63,929 nucleotides of DNA, filler included, from Lama guanicoe (GCA_013239625.1; 104 parts of 104 records of this genome joined end to end with filler, not necessarily neighbours in it); one strand, 5' to 3'; numbered from the whole stretch's first letter, positions 35,005 through 48,019 are shown. Program-made: numbers and translations. Notes: generated by a model from the letters alone, not told the origin.

Positions 35005-35443
35005 CCTGTAAGGGGGAATTCTTAGAAATACCTTCCCTGACCTTGGGGAGGCATCCTCTTTCAGTAGGATTGCCTGCAATCCCCCCTAGCATTCCCTGGC
35101 ACAGAGACATTAGGAAAAAGCCCAGGGGAGACGAGCTTAGGCATTCCGTTAGAACCCACGTGCTGCCGACCGTTGGTGGAACCTCCCCACGCTCAGGATT
35201 CCGGAACCATTGTCAGTGCGTGGGGAGCTCGAGGGACAACTCCACGCAGCTCTCTTCAGTCACAGGTGTTCCCTGTTATGGGGAATTCTGAGAAATACTT
35301 TCCCTGACCTTGGGGAGGCAGCCTCTGTCACTGGGATTGCCAGCAAACCACCCTAGCATACCCTGGCACAGAGACATTAGGAAAAATCCCAAGGAAGTCG
35401 AGCTTAGGTATTCCGTTAGAACCCACGCGCTGAAGACCGTTGG
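35005..35443 (+). repeat. 267-bp satellite, subfamily A
   Basis: GGGGAATTCT and GGAAAAAGCCCAGGGG. Confidence 0.95.
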
Positions 35444-35543
35444 NNNNNNNNNNNNNNNNNNNNNNNNNNNNNNNNNNNNNNNNNNNNTTAATTAATTAAN
35501 NNNNNNNNNNNNNNNNNNNNNNNNNNNNNNNNNNNNNNNNNNN

Positions 35544-36404
35544 GAGTTGTCTCTCGATCTCCCCACGCACTGACAATATTTCCGGAATCCTAAACGGGGG
35601 AGGTTCCACCAACGGTCGGCAGCGCGTGTGTTCTAACGGAATGCCTATGCTCGTCTCCCCTGGGTTTTTTCCCAATATCTCTGTGCCAGGGAATGCTAGG
35701 GTTGTTTGATGGAAATCCCAGTGACAGAGGCTGCCTCCCCAAGGTCAAGGAAGGTATTTCTCAGAATTCCCCCTAACAGGGAACACCTGTGACTGAAGAG
35801 AGCTGCGTGGAGTTGTCTCTCGATCTCCCCACGCACTGACAATATTTCCGGAATCCTAAACGGGGGAGGTTCCACCAACGGTCGGCAGCGCGTGGGTTCT
35901 AACGGAATGCCTAAGCTCGACTCTCCTGGGTTTTTTCTAATTTCTCTGTGCCAGGGAAAGCTAGGGGGTATTGCAGGCAATCCCAGTGACAGTGTCTCCC
36001 TCCCCAAGGTCAGGGAAGTTATTTCTTGGACTTCCCCGTTCAGGGAACACCTGTGACTGAAGAGAGCTGTGTGGATTTCTCTCTCGAGCTCCCCACGCAC
36101 TGACAATGGTTCCGGTATCCTGAGCGTGGGGAGGTTCCACCAACGGTCGGCAGCGCGTGGGTTCTAACGGAATGCCTAAGCTCGACTCCCCTGGGTTTTT
36201 TCCTAATGTCTCTGTGCCAGGGAATGCTAGGGGTGTTTGCAGGCAATCCCATTGACAGAGGCTGCCTCCCCAATGTTAGGGAAGGTATTTCTCAGAATTC
36301 CCCCTAACAGGGAACACCTGTGACTGAAGAGAGCTGTGTGGATTTCTCTCTCGAGCTACCCACGCAATGACATTTGTTCCGGAATCCAGAGCGTGAGGAG
36401 GTTA
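35544..36404 (-). repeat. 267-bp satellite, subfamily A, ~3.2 monomers
   Basis: CCTGGGTTTTTT repeated with ~266 period. Confidence 0.95.
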
Positions 36405-36504
36405 NNNNNNNNNNNNNNNNNNNNNNNNNNNNNNNNNNNNNNNNNNNNTTAATTAATTAANNNNNNNNNNNNNNNNNNNNNNNNNNNNNNNNNNNNNNNN
36501 NNNN

Positions 36505-36943
36505 TTGTGTCCCCTTCAAGCTAGGTGAAGGACGGCTTTCACACACACTTAACACCCTGAACTGCGAATGTGGGGAGACGTTCGTTCATCCAGCACAAAG
36601 GGAACGGGTTGCAGGAGAAACACATACTCAGGTTTCTCACTCTGTTTGCTAGGGCCGGTTGGAAGTTCCTGGGGTTTCACAGTAAAACCGAGTTGGAGCG
36701 TGCACCTCCCCATATATATGTATGGAGTGGAGTTTGCAACTGAAAAGAAACTTTGTGTCCCCTTCAAGCTAGGTGAAGGACGGCTTTCACACACTTATCC
36801 CTCAGAACTGAGCATGTGGAGAGAGATTCGTTCATTCAGCCCAAAGGGAACGGGTTGCAGGAGAAACACATACTCAGGTTTCTCACTCTGTTTGCTAGGG
36901 CCGGTTGGAAGTTCCTGGGGTTTCACAGTAAAACCTAGTTGGA
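36505..36943 (-). repeat. 249-bp satellite, subfamily Y
   Basis: CCTTCAAGCTAGG and GGAACGGGTTGCAGG. Confidence 0.95.
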
Positions 36944-37043
36944 NNNNNNNNNNNNNNNNNNNNNNNNNNNNNNNNNNNNNNNNNNNNTTAATTAATTAAN
37001 NNNNNNNNNNNNNNNNNNNNNNNNNNNNNNNNNNNNNNNNNNN

Positions 37044-37403
37044 AAAACATGGAAACAGCCTAAATGTCCATCAACAGGTGGCTGGATAAAGAGATCGTAT
37101 ATTTACACAATGGAATACTACTCAGCCATAAAAACCGACAACATGATGCCATTTGCAGCAACATGTGTGCTCCTGGAGAATGTCATTCTAAGTGATGTAA
37201 GCCAGAAAGAGAAAGAAAAATACCATATGAGATCGCTCACATGTGGAATCTAAAAGCAATAACAAACAAACAAACAAAAACAAAGCATAAGTACAGGACA
37301 GAAATAGACTCACAGACAGAGAATACAGACTTGTGGTTACCAAAGGGCTGGAGCGTGGGAAGGAATAGACTGGGATTTCAAAATTGTAGAATAGATAAAC
37401 AAG
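37044..37403 (+). mobile_element. LINE-1 ORF2 end and 3' UTR, relatively young
   Basis: CATGGAAACAGCCTAAATGTCCATC, TACACAATGGAATACTACTCAGCCATAAAAA, GCCATTTGCAGCAACATG. Confidence 0.93.
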
Positions 37404-37503
37404 NNNNNNNNNNNNNNNNNNNNNNNNNNNNNNNNNNNNNNNNNNNNTTAATTAATTAANNNNNNNNNNNNNNNNNNNNNNNNNNNNNNNNNNNNNNNNN
37501 NNN

Positions 37504-37878
37504 CAAACTGTTCCCTTTGTGCTAGATGAACGAACATCTCTCCACATGCGCAATTTTGAGACTTAAGCGTGTGTGAATGCCGTCCCTCACTTAGCTTGTT
37601 GGGAACACAAAGTTTCTCTTCAGTTGCTGACTCCACTCCATACATATATATGGGGAGGTGCAAGCTCCAACTCGGTTTTACAGTGAAAACTGCAGGACTT
37701 CACCCGGCACTAGCAAAAAAGACTGAGAAACCAGAGTAAGTGTTTCTCCTGCAACATGTTCCCTTTGTGCTAGATGAACGAACGTCTCTCCACATGCTCA
37801 GTTTTGAGAGCTAAGCGTGTGTGAAATCTTTCCTTCAGTTAGCATTTGGGAACACAATGTTTCTCTTTAGTTGCAAAC
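37504..37878 (+). repeat. 249-bp satellite, subfamily X
   Basis: GCTAGATGAA, GCTTGTTGGGAAC and AACTGCAGG. Confidence 0.95.
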
Positions 37879-38529
37879 NNNNNNNNNNNNNNNNNNNNNN
37901 NNNNNNNNNNNNNNNNNNNNNNTTAATTAATTAANNNNNNNNNNNNNNNNNNNNNNNNNNNNNNNNNNNNNNNNNNNNTAGCCTAGCCTGGATATTTCAA
38001 GCTAAAGGCAACTTTCTTTTACAAAAGTTGCAGAGATATCAAGTCTGAGCCTAGAAAACAGGGTACAGGTTTAAAAATAATTGAACACATCTAACATGGA
38101 GTCAAATTTGTTCTTTTGTATTGCAATCTCTTTTTCTACCTCATAAATAATTTTAGTAAGAAACATGAGCAAATTTTTTTTACTTTTGCTTCTTAATAAC
38201 GGATGAGTGTGTCAAATACACCTTTGTGACAGGGATGCTGTGCATTCCTTGGTGTCACAGCAAACTCTTGTTGGGGGTGGATGACCCTGCAACATGTCTG
38301 ATGTCCCGTGACTGTTGGTGAGAGTGCCCCTAAACAGGGGATCTCTTCAGGAAACAGCATAGGTGCATTGACCTCGTCAGACCTCTTTTTCAGCTGCAGA
38401 AAATTTTTTCAGATACTCTGATGGANNNNNNNNNNNNNNNNNNNNNNNNNNNNNNNNNNNNNNNNNNNNTTAATTAATTAANNNNNNNNNNNNNNNNNNN
38501 NNNNNNNNNNNNNNNNNNNNNNNNNCAGG

Positions 38530-38880
38530 ATAGACTACACCTCGCTGCGGTGACACACAGCTCCCAGATCTCAGTGGCCCACCCTGTGACGCTGTCTTCC
38601 CTGCTCTAGGTGCACATCCGATTTGAGTGGGCAGTGGTGGGGCAGGGAGCGTGGGGTCGGGTGCTGGGGGAGCTCAGGGACCAGCCTGCCAGCAGCTCAG
38701 CTGTCTGTCTCGGCAGCACAAGAGAGCGCAGAGAGAGGCTGAAGAATTGCAGAGTCTTGTCACTGCCTTGGCCTTTAAGTGACGCAAGTCACTTCTCACA
38801 TTTTATTGGCCAGAACCAGTCATGTGGCCCCTTCTAACTGCAAGAGGGCTGGGAGGTATGATCTCCTGAATGTCCAGTAA
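38530..38880. mobile_element. ERVL-MaLR LTR (MLT1-like) fragment
   Basis: GCTGCGGTGACA...CCCAGATCTCAGTGGC start and TCACATTTTATTGGCCAGAACCAGTCATGTGGCC...AACTGCAAGAGGGCTGGGA. Confidence 0.65.
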
Positions 38881-39417
38881 GAAAAATAAGTCTGTCTATA
38901 GATGAAGGAGGGCAGTGCTTATCAAAGCACATAAATACTTAGGCCGCTGGGGTTGCTGTTTGTAAGTGGAGGGGTGATGTGAAGGGTCATGGGTTTCACC
39001 CTCAGAGGAAAAGGGAAGTCATTGAGACCTTTGGGCGCTGGCAAGTGTACCTGGATGTATCTGGCTGTTGGATCATGAGGCAGACTAGAGTTAAAACCTA
39101 ATCTTACAGTCCATGGAAGCCCAAAGCCTCAGATAGATGTCTGGAATGGGCTGTGCATACCAGACAGACTTTCTAGAGCTTGCAGCAGAGGAAAATCAGG
39201 GTCACCCAGTCCTCGGTCTTGGACCACGGGAAGCATTCCGAGCTCGGAAACCAGGGCACGGAGGCATTGTGTTTTTGGTTAGTAATTTGTCCTTTACCTT
39301 AACATTTGGCTTCAGTTNNNNNNNNNNNNNNNNNNNNNNNNNNNNNNNNNNNNNNNNNNNNTTAATTAATTAANNNNNNNNNNNNNNNNNNNNNNNNNNN
39401 NNNNNNNNNNNNNNNNN

Positions 39418-39820
39418 ACAGAATCAACACAAAAATATCAATTGTGTTTTTATACACTAACAATAAGTAATCTAAAAAGGAAATTAAGAAAACAATTCCA
39501 TTTACAACAGCATCAAAAAGAATAAAATACTTAGAAATAAACTTAACCGAAGAGGTAGAAACATTTGTACAGTAAAAACTATAAAATATTACTGAAAGGA
39601 ATTAAAGAAGACACAAATAAATGGAATGGCCTCCTGTGTTCATGGATTGGAAGACTTAATGTTGTTAAGATGTTACTACTACTCAACGAGATTTATAGTG
39701 TCAGTACAATTCCTATCAAAATCCCAGTGATGTCTTTTACAAAAATTTTAAAAATCCACCCTAAGACTTACTTGGAATTTCAAGGGACTCCATATAGCCA
39801 AAACAATCTTAACAAAGAAG
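39418..39820 (+). mobile_element. LINE-1 ORF2 fragment (post-RT)
   Basis: Peptide YSKNYKILLKGIKEDTNKW...CSWIGRLNVVKM...IPIKIP. Confidence 0.93.
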
Positions 39821-40282
39821 NNNNNNNNNNNNNNNNNNNNNNNNNNNNNNNNNNNNNNNNNNNNTTAATTAATTAANNNNNNNNNNNNNNNNNNNNNNNN
39901 NNNNNNNNNNNNNNNNNNNNTGAAAAGGAAAGAGAAGGTGGTTTTTCTCTTGGTTAAGGTGGTTTTTCTCTTGGTTAAATCTATTGGCAATCTCTTTACC
40001 CTCCTGGCAATGCCTGGCAGTTTTCCATCTGAATGGAAACTATATCCCATGTATGTTTTAGAAGTAATTGCCAATGCCTCCTTTAAATTTATAGGGTGAC
40101 TAGAAAGCAAGTCAGTTACATTCACAAACTGTGTGGCGTTGGGATCCTATTAAATCATGCCAAGTTGGTATGTAGATTTTTAATTTTGGGATTCCTCAGT
40201 ACGGGTAGAAGAGATTTTGTTGATTTTTTTCAGAGAAGAGAATATGCAAACAGATGGCTCAAAATAGGGGATAAGTGCTTAT

Positions 40283-40392
40283 GTTCTGGAGTGAGATAGC
40301 CCTGGGTTCACATGCCTGCTCTGTCAAGGGTGCCTTTGGACAAGGTATTTAACCTGCCTCTTTTGATAATAGGACCCACCTAAGAGGATTTC
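40283..40392 (+). mobile_element. MIR fragment
   Basis: TCTGGAGTGAGATAGCCCTGGGTTCACATGCCTGCTCTG...TTGGACAAGGTATTTAACCT. Confidence 0.65.
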
Positions 40393-40558
40393 TCACCACC
40401 TTTTCATCTTCTTCTTTGTCATTTCCATTGCCATTCCATGAAATGTTTTGTTGAATTTNNNNNNNNNNNNNNNNNNNNNNNNNNNNNNNNNNNNNNNNNN
40501 NNTTAATTAATTAANNNNNNNNNNNNNNNNNNNNNNNNNNNNNNNNNNNNNNNNNNNN

Positions 40559-41520
40559 CATTCTATATTCTAAATTCTATATTCGGTATTCTGTATTCTA
40601 TATTCTACATCTGTGTTCTGATTTCCATGATCTATATTCTGGATTCTATATTCCCTTTTCTATAATCTATATTCTGTGTTCTTCATTCTATAATGTACAT
40701 TCTATTTTCTGCATTCCGTATTCTATATTCCATATTCTGTGTTCTACATTCTATATTCTAAATTCTATATTCATTATTCTGTATTCTATATACTTAATTG
40801 TGTTTTCTTCATTCCATGTTCTAAATTCTGGGTTCTATATTCTCTATTCTGTATTCTATATTCTGTGTTCTAGATTCTATGTTCTAAATTTTATATTCAG
40901 TATTCTGTATTCTATATTTTATATTCTGTGTTCTACATTCTATATTCTAAATATTTTTTCAGTATTCTTTATTCTATATTCTAAATTTTGTGCTCTGCAT
41001 TTTATGTTCTAAACTCTTTATTCACTATTCTGTATTATATATTCTAACTTCTGTTTTCTGCATTTCATGTTCTAAATTCTGGTTTCTATATTCTTTTTTC
41101 TATATTCTAAATTTTGTGCTCTGCATTTTATGTTCTAATCTCTTTATTCAGTATTCTGTATTCTATATTCTGCATTCCGTATTCTATATTCTTTATTCTG
41201 TGTTCTACATTCTATATTCTAAATATTTTTTCAGTATTCTTTATTCTATATTCTAAATTTTGTGCTCTGCATTTTATGTTCTAATCTCTTTATTCAGTAT
41301 TCTGTATTCTATATTCTAACTTCTGTTTTCTGCATTTCATGTTCTAAATTCTGGTTTCTATATTCTTTTTTCTATATTCTAAATTTTGTGTTATTCATTC
41401 AATATTCTACATTAAATATACTGCATTCAGTATTCTATATTCTATATTCTGTGTTATACATTCTAAATTCCAAATTCTATATTCAGTATTCTGTATTCTA
41501 TACTCTAAATTTTGTGTTCT
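40559..41520 (+). repeat. Heptamer satellite
   Basis: Tandem NNNNTTC heptamers with internal block duplications. Confidence 0.95.
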
Positions 41521-42379
41521 NNNNNNNNNNNNNNNNNNNNNNNNNNNNNNNNNNNNNNNNNNNNTTAATTAATTAANNNNNNNNNNNNNNNNNNNNNNNN
41601 NNNNNNNNNNNNNNNNNNNNCAGATCAACCACATACTCAAATTGTTATTATTTTCTCCCCATCATAGAGTATATAAATAAGTATAAGGTGAACTAAATGA
41701 ACTCCAGAGTGTGAAGAAAGGCTCCCTGGATGTTCTCGTCTGTGACTGAAACAGAGAAGACAGGATATTTGTAATAGATCAGGATAAGGAAAATCAGCCT
41801 AATTTTCAAAAAAGCTTTCATTTTTCATGTGTTGGCTGATATGACAGATTAGGGTCAGAGGATCCTCAGACACAGAGCAAAACTGCGCTACTTTAAAGCT
41901 ATTTCCCACCAGCCTCTACAGAGTGCTGGGGGTTGTACCATAAAATCAGACACGGGGAAGAAATAGTGAGAGAAACTCTCCAGGGATTCCAGGCTCTCTA
42001 ATGAGGCAGTGGCAGGAACAGGAGTGTACCTATTTCTGGAGATAAATATAACTCAGTTCAGACTCTATTGGGCTTTTATAGAAATGCATGGCACAAAATA
42101 AAAACCCATGAAAAATCAAGAACTTCTGAAGCCTTTGAGAAAGGAGTTAGTCAGTAGAAGTAAACACAAAGCAATTCTAGCTGTCAGCATTATCAGTCAT
42201 AGACTTAAACACACCCAGGGTAAAATGTTAAGAAATCTAGTGGACTGCATCAGCAATGTGGATTAAGAGAGTGTAGTCAAGTAGACATATAGATGAAGAC
42301 AAATATCCTAAAGAAATTGCTCAATATTATAATACAATAGTGAAAATAATGGGCTTAATAGAAGACTAAATGCAGGTCA

Positions 42380-42619
42380 ATAGAAAATGATAAATTGAAG
42401 TACAAGGAGAGAAATTGGTTTTAAAAAGAACAAAGCATCAGAAGTCTTTTGGAGAATACAAAGTGATTTAATACACTTATCATTAAACTCCAAGGAGAAT
42501 AGAGAAAGAAAATGGGGTATGTAAAATATTTGATAATGTGGTGGCAGAGAGGTTTCCAGTGGATGAATGACATCAACCAACAGATCACTAGGCACAAAGT
42601 ACGTTACATTTTAAAAAAT
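42380..42619 (+). mobile_element. Probable very old LINE-1 ORF1 remnant
   Basis: AGAAAATGGGG...AAAATATTTGATAA...GGCAGAGAGGTTTCCA...GACATCAACCAACAGATC resembles the ORF1 EKIFEEIMAENFP..KDINPQIQ segment. Confidence 0.4.
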
Positions 42620-42719
42620 NNNNNNNNNNNNNNNNNNNNNNNNNNNNNNNNNNNNNNNNNNNNTTAATTAATTAANNNNNNNNNNNNNNNNNNNNNNNNN
42701 NNNNNNNNNNNNNNNNNNN

Positions 42720-42926
42720 TGTGTGTTCTGCATTCTATATTCTGTATCGTATATTCTGCATTCCGTATTATATATTCGAAAATTTATATTAAGTATTCTG
42801 TATTCTATATTCTAAATTCTGTGTTCTGCATTTTGTGTTCTTATTTCTGATTCTATATTCACTCTACTATATTCTACATTTTTGTTCTTCATTCTATATT
42901 CTATATACTATATTCTGCATTCCCTA
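42720..42926 (+). repeat. Heptamer satellite
   Basis: Tandem NNNNTTC heptamers. Confidence 0.95.
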
Positions 42927-43026
42927 NNNNNNNNNNNNNNNNNNNNNNNNNNNNNNNNNNNNNNNNNNNNTTAATTAATTAANNNNNNNNNNNNNNNNNN
43001 NNNNNNNNNNNNNNNNNNNNNNNNNN

Positions 43027-43503
43027 AGAGACAACTCCACGCAGATCTCTTCAGTCACAGGTGATCCCTGTTAGGCGGAATTCTGACAAATACCTTCCCT
43101 GAATTTGGGGAGGCAGCCTCTGTCACTGGTATTGCCTGCAAACAACCCTAGCATTCCCTGGCACAGAGACATTAGGAGAAAACCCAGGGGAGTCGAACTT
43201 AGGCATTCCGTTAGAACCCATGCGCTGCCGACCGTTGGTGGAACCTCCCCACGCTCAGGATTCCGGAACCATTGTCAGTGCGTGGGGGAGCTCGAGAGAA
43301 AACTCCACGCAGCTCTCTTCTGTCACAGGTGTTCCCTTTTCTGTGAAATTCTGAGAAATAACTTCCCTGAGCTTGGGGAGGCAGCCTCTGTCACTGGGAG
43401 TGCCTGCAAACCCCCCTAGCATTTCCTGGCACAGAGACATTAGAAAAAACCCACGGGAGTCGAGCTTAGGCATTCTGTTAGAACTCACGCGCTGCCGACC
43501 GTT
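43027..43503 (+). repeat. 267-bp satellite, subfamily A
   Basis: AAAACCCAGGGGAGTCGA. Confidence 0.95.
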
Positions 43504-43927
43504 NNNNNNNNNNNNNNNNNNNNNNNNNNNNNNNNNNNNNNNNNNNNTTAATTAATTAANNNNNNNNNNNNNNNNNNNNNNNNNNNNNNNNNNNNNNNNN
43601 NNNAATTTTTCATTAAATGACAGCCATTATTAATAGCAATTCAGAAAAACCCTTCCCTTTCCTTCCCTGCTAAAACCATCCTGAGGTTATTAAAGTCCTG
43701 TAAAGAGGCCAACTCAACATGGCTTATACCCTGACAGAAACAGTGGATACGTGAGAAGAAACTAGATATATTGTTTCATCGATTATAGCTCATGAGGGCA
43801 CCCTTGGACTCCTTGTAAGTCAGGTGAACTGGTGCCCCTCCGGATAAGGCAGTGCCACCCCCACCCCTCCCCCCTCCACTGCTGCTCTGTATTCTAAGGT
43901 ACTGGCTATATTATCTATTTTAAAGCC

Positions 43928-43977
43928 TTTTTTTTGTTTTGAAATAATTACAGATTCACAGGAGGTTGCAAAGAAAT
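43928..43977 (-). mobile_element. Old LINE-1 3' terminus
   Basis: T-tract then TTTTGAAATAATTACAGATTCACAGGAGGTTGCAAA. Confidence 0.6.
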
Positions 43978-45178
43978 NNNNNNNNNNNNNNNNNNNNNNN
44001 NNNNNNNNNNNNNNNNNNNNNTTAATTAATTAANNNNNNNNNNNNNNNNNNNNNNNNNNNNNNNNNNNNNNNNNNNNTTCTGTCTCTTCTTAGCCAGTGA
44101 TTCCTGAGGATTACCTGTCAGGATCTTTCTTAAAGTTTATCTCGTGTCCTGATTTATTTGGCTATATAGCCAAGCAAAATATGTGAAATGTATATAGAAC
44201 ATTGTAGAGCAATTTAAAACGTTTTATTTTTCTAGAGCAAAAACCATTCTTCCTACTTTCTCAACACGCGTGCATGTTTGTTATATTATATAAATATTNN
44301 NNNNNNNNNNNNNNNNNNNNNNNNNNNNNNNNNNNNNNNNNNTTAATTAATTAANNNNNNNNNNNNNNNNNNNNNNNNNNNNNNNNNNNNNNNNNNNNCC
44401 CTCTTGCCTCCTTCCACTCTGCTGATGGTGCCTGGAGCCTGGGAAATGCAGGATACAGAGCAGAGCTGAAAAGAACAAGGGCAAATGTGACAAGGCATGC
44501 AATTCGAGTGGTTTTCAGAAGTGGGGATGGACTTGCACTGAACGGCCCACGCTCTTTGCCTTGGCAGTCCGTTCCTCTCACTGTTCTCATCCTGTGGGAC
44601 AGACAAAGGGAGGCATGAACAGTGATGTCAGAGCTCCCAGGAGGCTTAAATCAGTGACATTGATCTCACTTACCCAATAATGCATCCTGTCGAACAAACC
44701 AAGTCACACAGAAGTGATTTATTTTTCCACAGCTTATTTTTGGCAAAAACATACATTGCCTCTTCACTTTAGCAATAGCCCTAGGGAATACTTGGGACTA
44801 TATGATAGTACAAATGCTTTCCCTAATGAAGACATTTATTCTCTTAGTAGTGATTCTTTCATTCATAGTTTTACTTACATGTGACGCATGTAGGTTGAGC
44901 TAATTAAAGGGAAAAATACAGAGACTAGTTAAATGATGCTAAGAGTTAGGAACCTAAAATTTGGAGATCAGTCAAAGAAAAAAGTCAGTTAACTGCAGTT
45001 GTTGCACTGCTATACAAGAGTAACATAAGTCGCAAAGAAACACATCGTTACAACATGAACAATAACTGTATTAACAACNNNNNNNNNNNNNNNNNNNNNN
45101 NNNNNNNNNNNNNNNNNNNNNNTTAATTAATTAANNNNNNNNNNNNNNNNNNNNNNNNNNNNNNNNNNNNNNNNNNNN

Positions 45179-46079
45179 GATTTATGGGAACACAAAGTTT
45201 CTTTTCGTTGTAAACCCCTCTCCATACAAATGTATGGGGAGGAAGAAGCTCCAACTCTGTTTTACAGTGAAAAAACAGACACTTCAAACCGACACTATGA
45301 AACAGACTTAGAAAACTTAGATAAGGTTTCTCCAGCAACACGTTCCAATTGTGCTGGATGGACGAACATCTCTCCACATACTCAGTTCGGAGAGATAAGT
45401 GTGTGTGAATGCCGTCCTTCACCTAGCTTGAAGGGAACACAAAGTTTCTTTTCAGTTGCCAACTCCACTCCATACATATATATGGGGAGGTACAAGCTCC
45501 AACTCGGGTTTACAGTGAAAACGGCAGGCACTTCAAACCGGCACTAGGAAACAGACTTAGAAAACTTAGATAAGGTTTCTCCAGCAACACGTTCCCATTG
45601 TGCTGGATGGACGAACGTCTCTCCACATGCTCAGTTCTGAGAGATAAGTGTGTGTGAAAGCCGTACTTCACCTAGCTGGAATGGAACACAAAGCTTCTTT
45701 CCAGTTGCAAACTCCTCTCCATAAATATATATGGAGAGGTACAAGCTCCAACTCGGGTTTACAGTGAAAACGGCAGGCACTTCAAACCGGCACTAGGAAA
45801 CCGACTGAGAATCCAGAGTAAGGGTTTCTCCTGCAACCCGTTCCCTTTGTGCTGGATGAACGAACGTCTCTCCACATGCTCAGTTCTGAGAGATAAGTGT
45901 GTGTGAAAGCCGTCCTTCACCTAGCTTGAAGGGAACACAAAGTTTCTTTTCAGTTGCAATCTCCACTCCATACATATATATGGGGATGTAGATGCTCCAA
46001 CACTTTTTTACAGGGAAAAATGCAGGCACGTCAAACCGGCACTAGGAAACAGACTGAGAAAACAGAGTAATTGTTTCTC
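45179..46079 (+). repeat. 249-bp satellite, subfamily Y, ~3.6 monomers
   Basis: GGGAACACAAAG at 45433 and 45931 (2x249). Confidence 0.96.
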
Positions 46080-46493
46080 NNNNNNNNNNNNNNNNNNNNN
46101 NNNNNNNNNNNNNNNNNNNNNNNTTAATTAATTAANNNNNNNNNNNNNNNNNNNNNNNNNNNNNNNNNNNNNNNNNNNNCCTCTTTCTGAACTGATATAA
46201 AAGGTCTCTTCTGCTCTGAACAAACGCCTGCAGTTCCAAAGGGCAAATGGTTGTGTGTACTATTGAACTAAACAAGTCACTATTAAAGAGAAAAAGCTCT
46301 ATCACTGTCACTACACTCCCCCTCCCCAAACACACTGATGTTGAGCAAATATTGAATAATTTTACCCCCTTATTGGTCAACTGAGAACCCAGTNNNNNNN
46401 NNNNNNNNNNNNNNNNNNNNNNNNNNNNNNNNNNNNNTTAATTAATTAANNNNNNNNNNNNNNNNNNNNNNNNNNNNNNNNNNNNNNNNNNNN

Positions 46494-46933
46494 GCTCGAG
46501 AGACAACTCCAGGCAACTCTCTTCAGTCACAGGTGTTCCCTGAAAGCGGGAATTCTGAGAAATACCTTCCCTGACCTTGGGGAGGCAGCCTCTGTCACTG
46601 GGATTGCCTGCAAACCCCCCAAGCATTCCCTGGCACAGAGACATTAGGAAAAAACCCAGGGGAGTCGAGATTAGGCATTCCGTTTGAACCCACGCGCTGC
46701 CGAACGTTGGTGGAACCTCCCCACGCTCAGGATTCCGGAACCAGTGTCAGTGCGTGGGGGAGCTCGAGAGACAACTCCAGGCAGCTCTCTTCAGTCACAG
46801 GTGTTCCCTGTTATGGAGAATTCTTTGAAAAACCTTCCCTGACATTGGGGAGGCATCCTCTGTCACTGGGATTGCCTTAAAACACCCTAGCATTCACTGG
46901 CAAAGAGACATTAGGAAAAAACCCAGGGGAGTC
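46494..46933 (+). repeat. 267-bp satellite, subfamily A
   Basis: TTAGGAAAAAACCCAGGGGAGTC twice. Confidence 0.95.
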
Positions 46934-47033
46934 NNNNNNNNNNNNNNNNNNNNNNNNNNNNNNNNNNNNNNNNNNNNTTAATTAATTAANNNNNNNNNNN
47001 NNNNNNNNNNNNNNNNNNNNNNNNNNNNNNNNN

Positions 47034-47782
47034 GAAGTTCCTGCAGTTTTCACTGTAAAACCGAGTTGGAGCTTGTATCTCCATATATATATGCATGGAG
47101 TGGAGTCTGCAACTGAACAGAAACTTTGTGTTCCCAACAAGCTAAGTGAAGGACGGCTTTCACACACGCTTAACTCTCAAAACTGAGCATGTGGAGAGAC
47201 GTTCGTTCATCTAGCACAAAGGGAACAGGTTGCAGGAGAAACACTTACTCTGGTTTCTCAGTCTGTTTCCTAGTGCCGGTTTGAAGTTCCTGCAGTTTCA
47301 CTGTAAAACCGAGTTGGAGCTTGAACCTACCCATATATATGTATGGATTGGAGTGTGCAACTAAAGAGAAACTTAGTGTTCCCAAAAAGCTAGGTGAAGG
47401 ACGGCTTTCACACACGCTTAACTCTCAAAACTGAGCAAGTGGAGAGACGTTCATTCATCTAGCACAAAGGGAACAGGTTGCATGGGAAACACTTACTCTG
47501 ATTTCTCTGTCTGTTTCCTAGTGCCGGTTTGAAGTTCCTGCAGTTTCACTGTAAAACCGAGTTGGAGCTTGTACCTCCCCATATATATGCATGGATTGGG
47601 GTCTGCAACTGAAGAGAAACTTTGTGTTCCCTACAAGCTAGGTGAAGGACGGCGTTCACACACACTTAACTCTCAAAACTGAGCAAGTGGAGAGACGTTC
47701 ATTCATCTAGCACAAAGGGAACAGGTTGCATGGGAAACACTTACTCTGATTTCTCAGTCTGTTTCCTAGTGCCGTTTTGAAG
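47034..47782 (-). repeat. 249-bp satellite, subfamily X, 3 monomers
   Basis: GAAGTTCCTGCAGTTT repeated. Confidence 0.96.
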
Positions 47783-48019
47783 NNNNNNNNNNNNNNNNNN
47801 NNNNNNNNNNNNNNNNNNNNNNNNNNTTAATTAATTAANNNNNNNNNNNNNNNNNNNNNNNNNNNNNNNNNNNNNNNNNNNNTCCACATTGATGAGCCAT
47901 GACCATGGCGTGACCACGGCGTGACCATGGCTTGCACATCACTAGAATCCTCACCACGTGCCAGCACCACGGCTGGCTCTTCACAACTGTTACACGGTGT
48001 GACCCACAGTATGGCTCTA

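Noticed and set aside
39935..39978. 21-bp tandem duplication AAGGTGGTTTTTCTCTTGGTT and an adjacent open frame
   Set aside because: Ordinary local duplication; the peptide is not recognised
46195..46205. TATA-box-like TATAAAAGG
   Set aside because: Isolated motif in a 214-bp contig with no supporting gene context
47898..47931. 11-bp repeat CRTGACCAYGG x3
   Set aside because: Too short to interpret; a common micro-duplication
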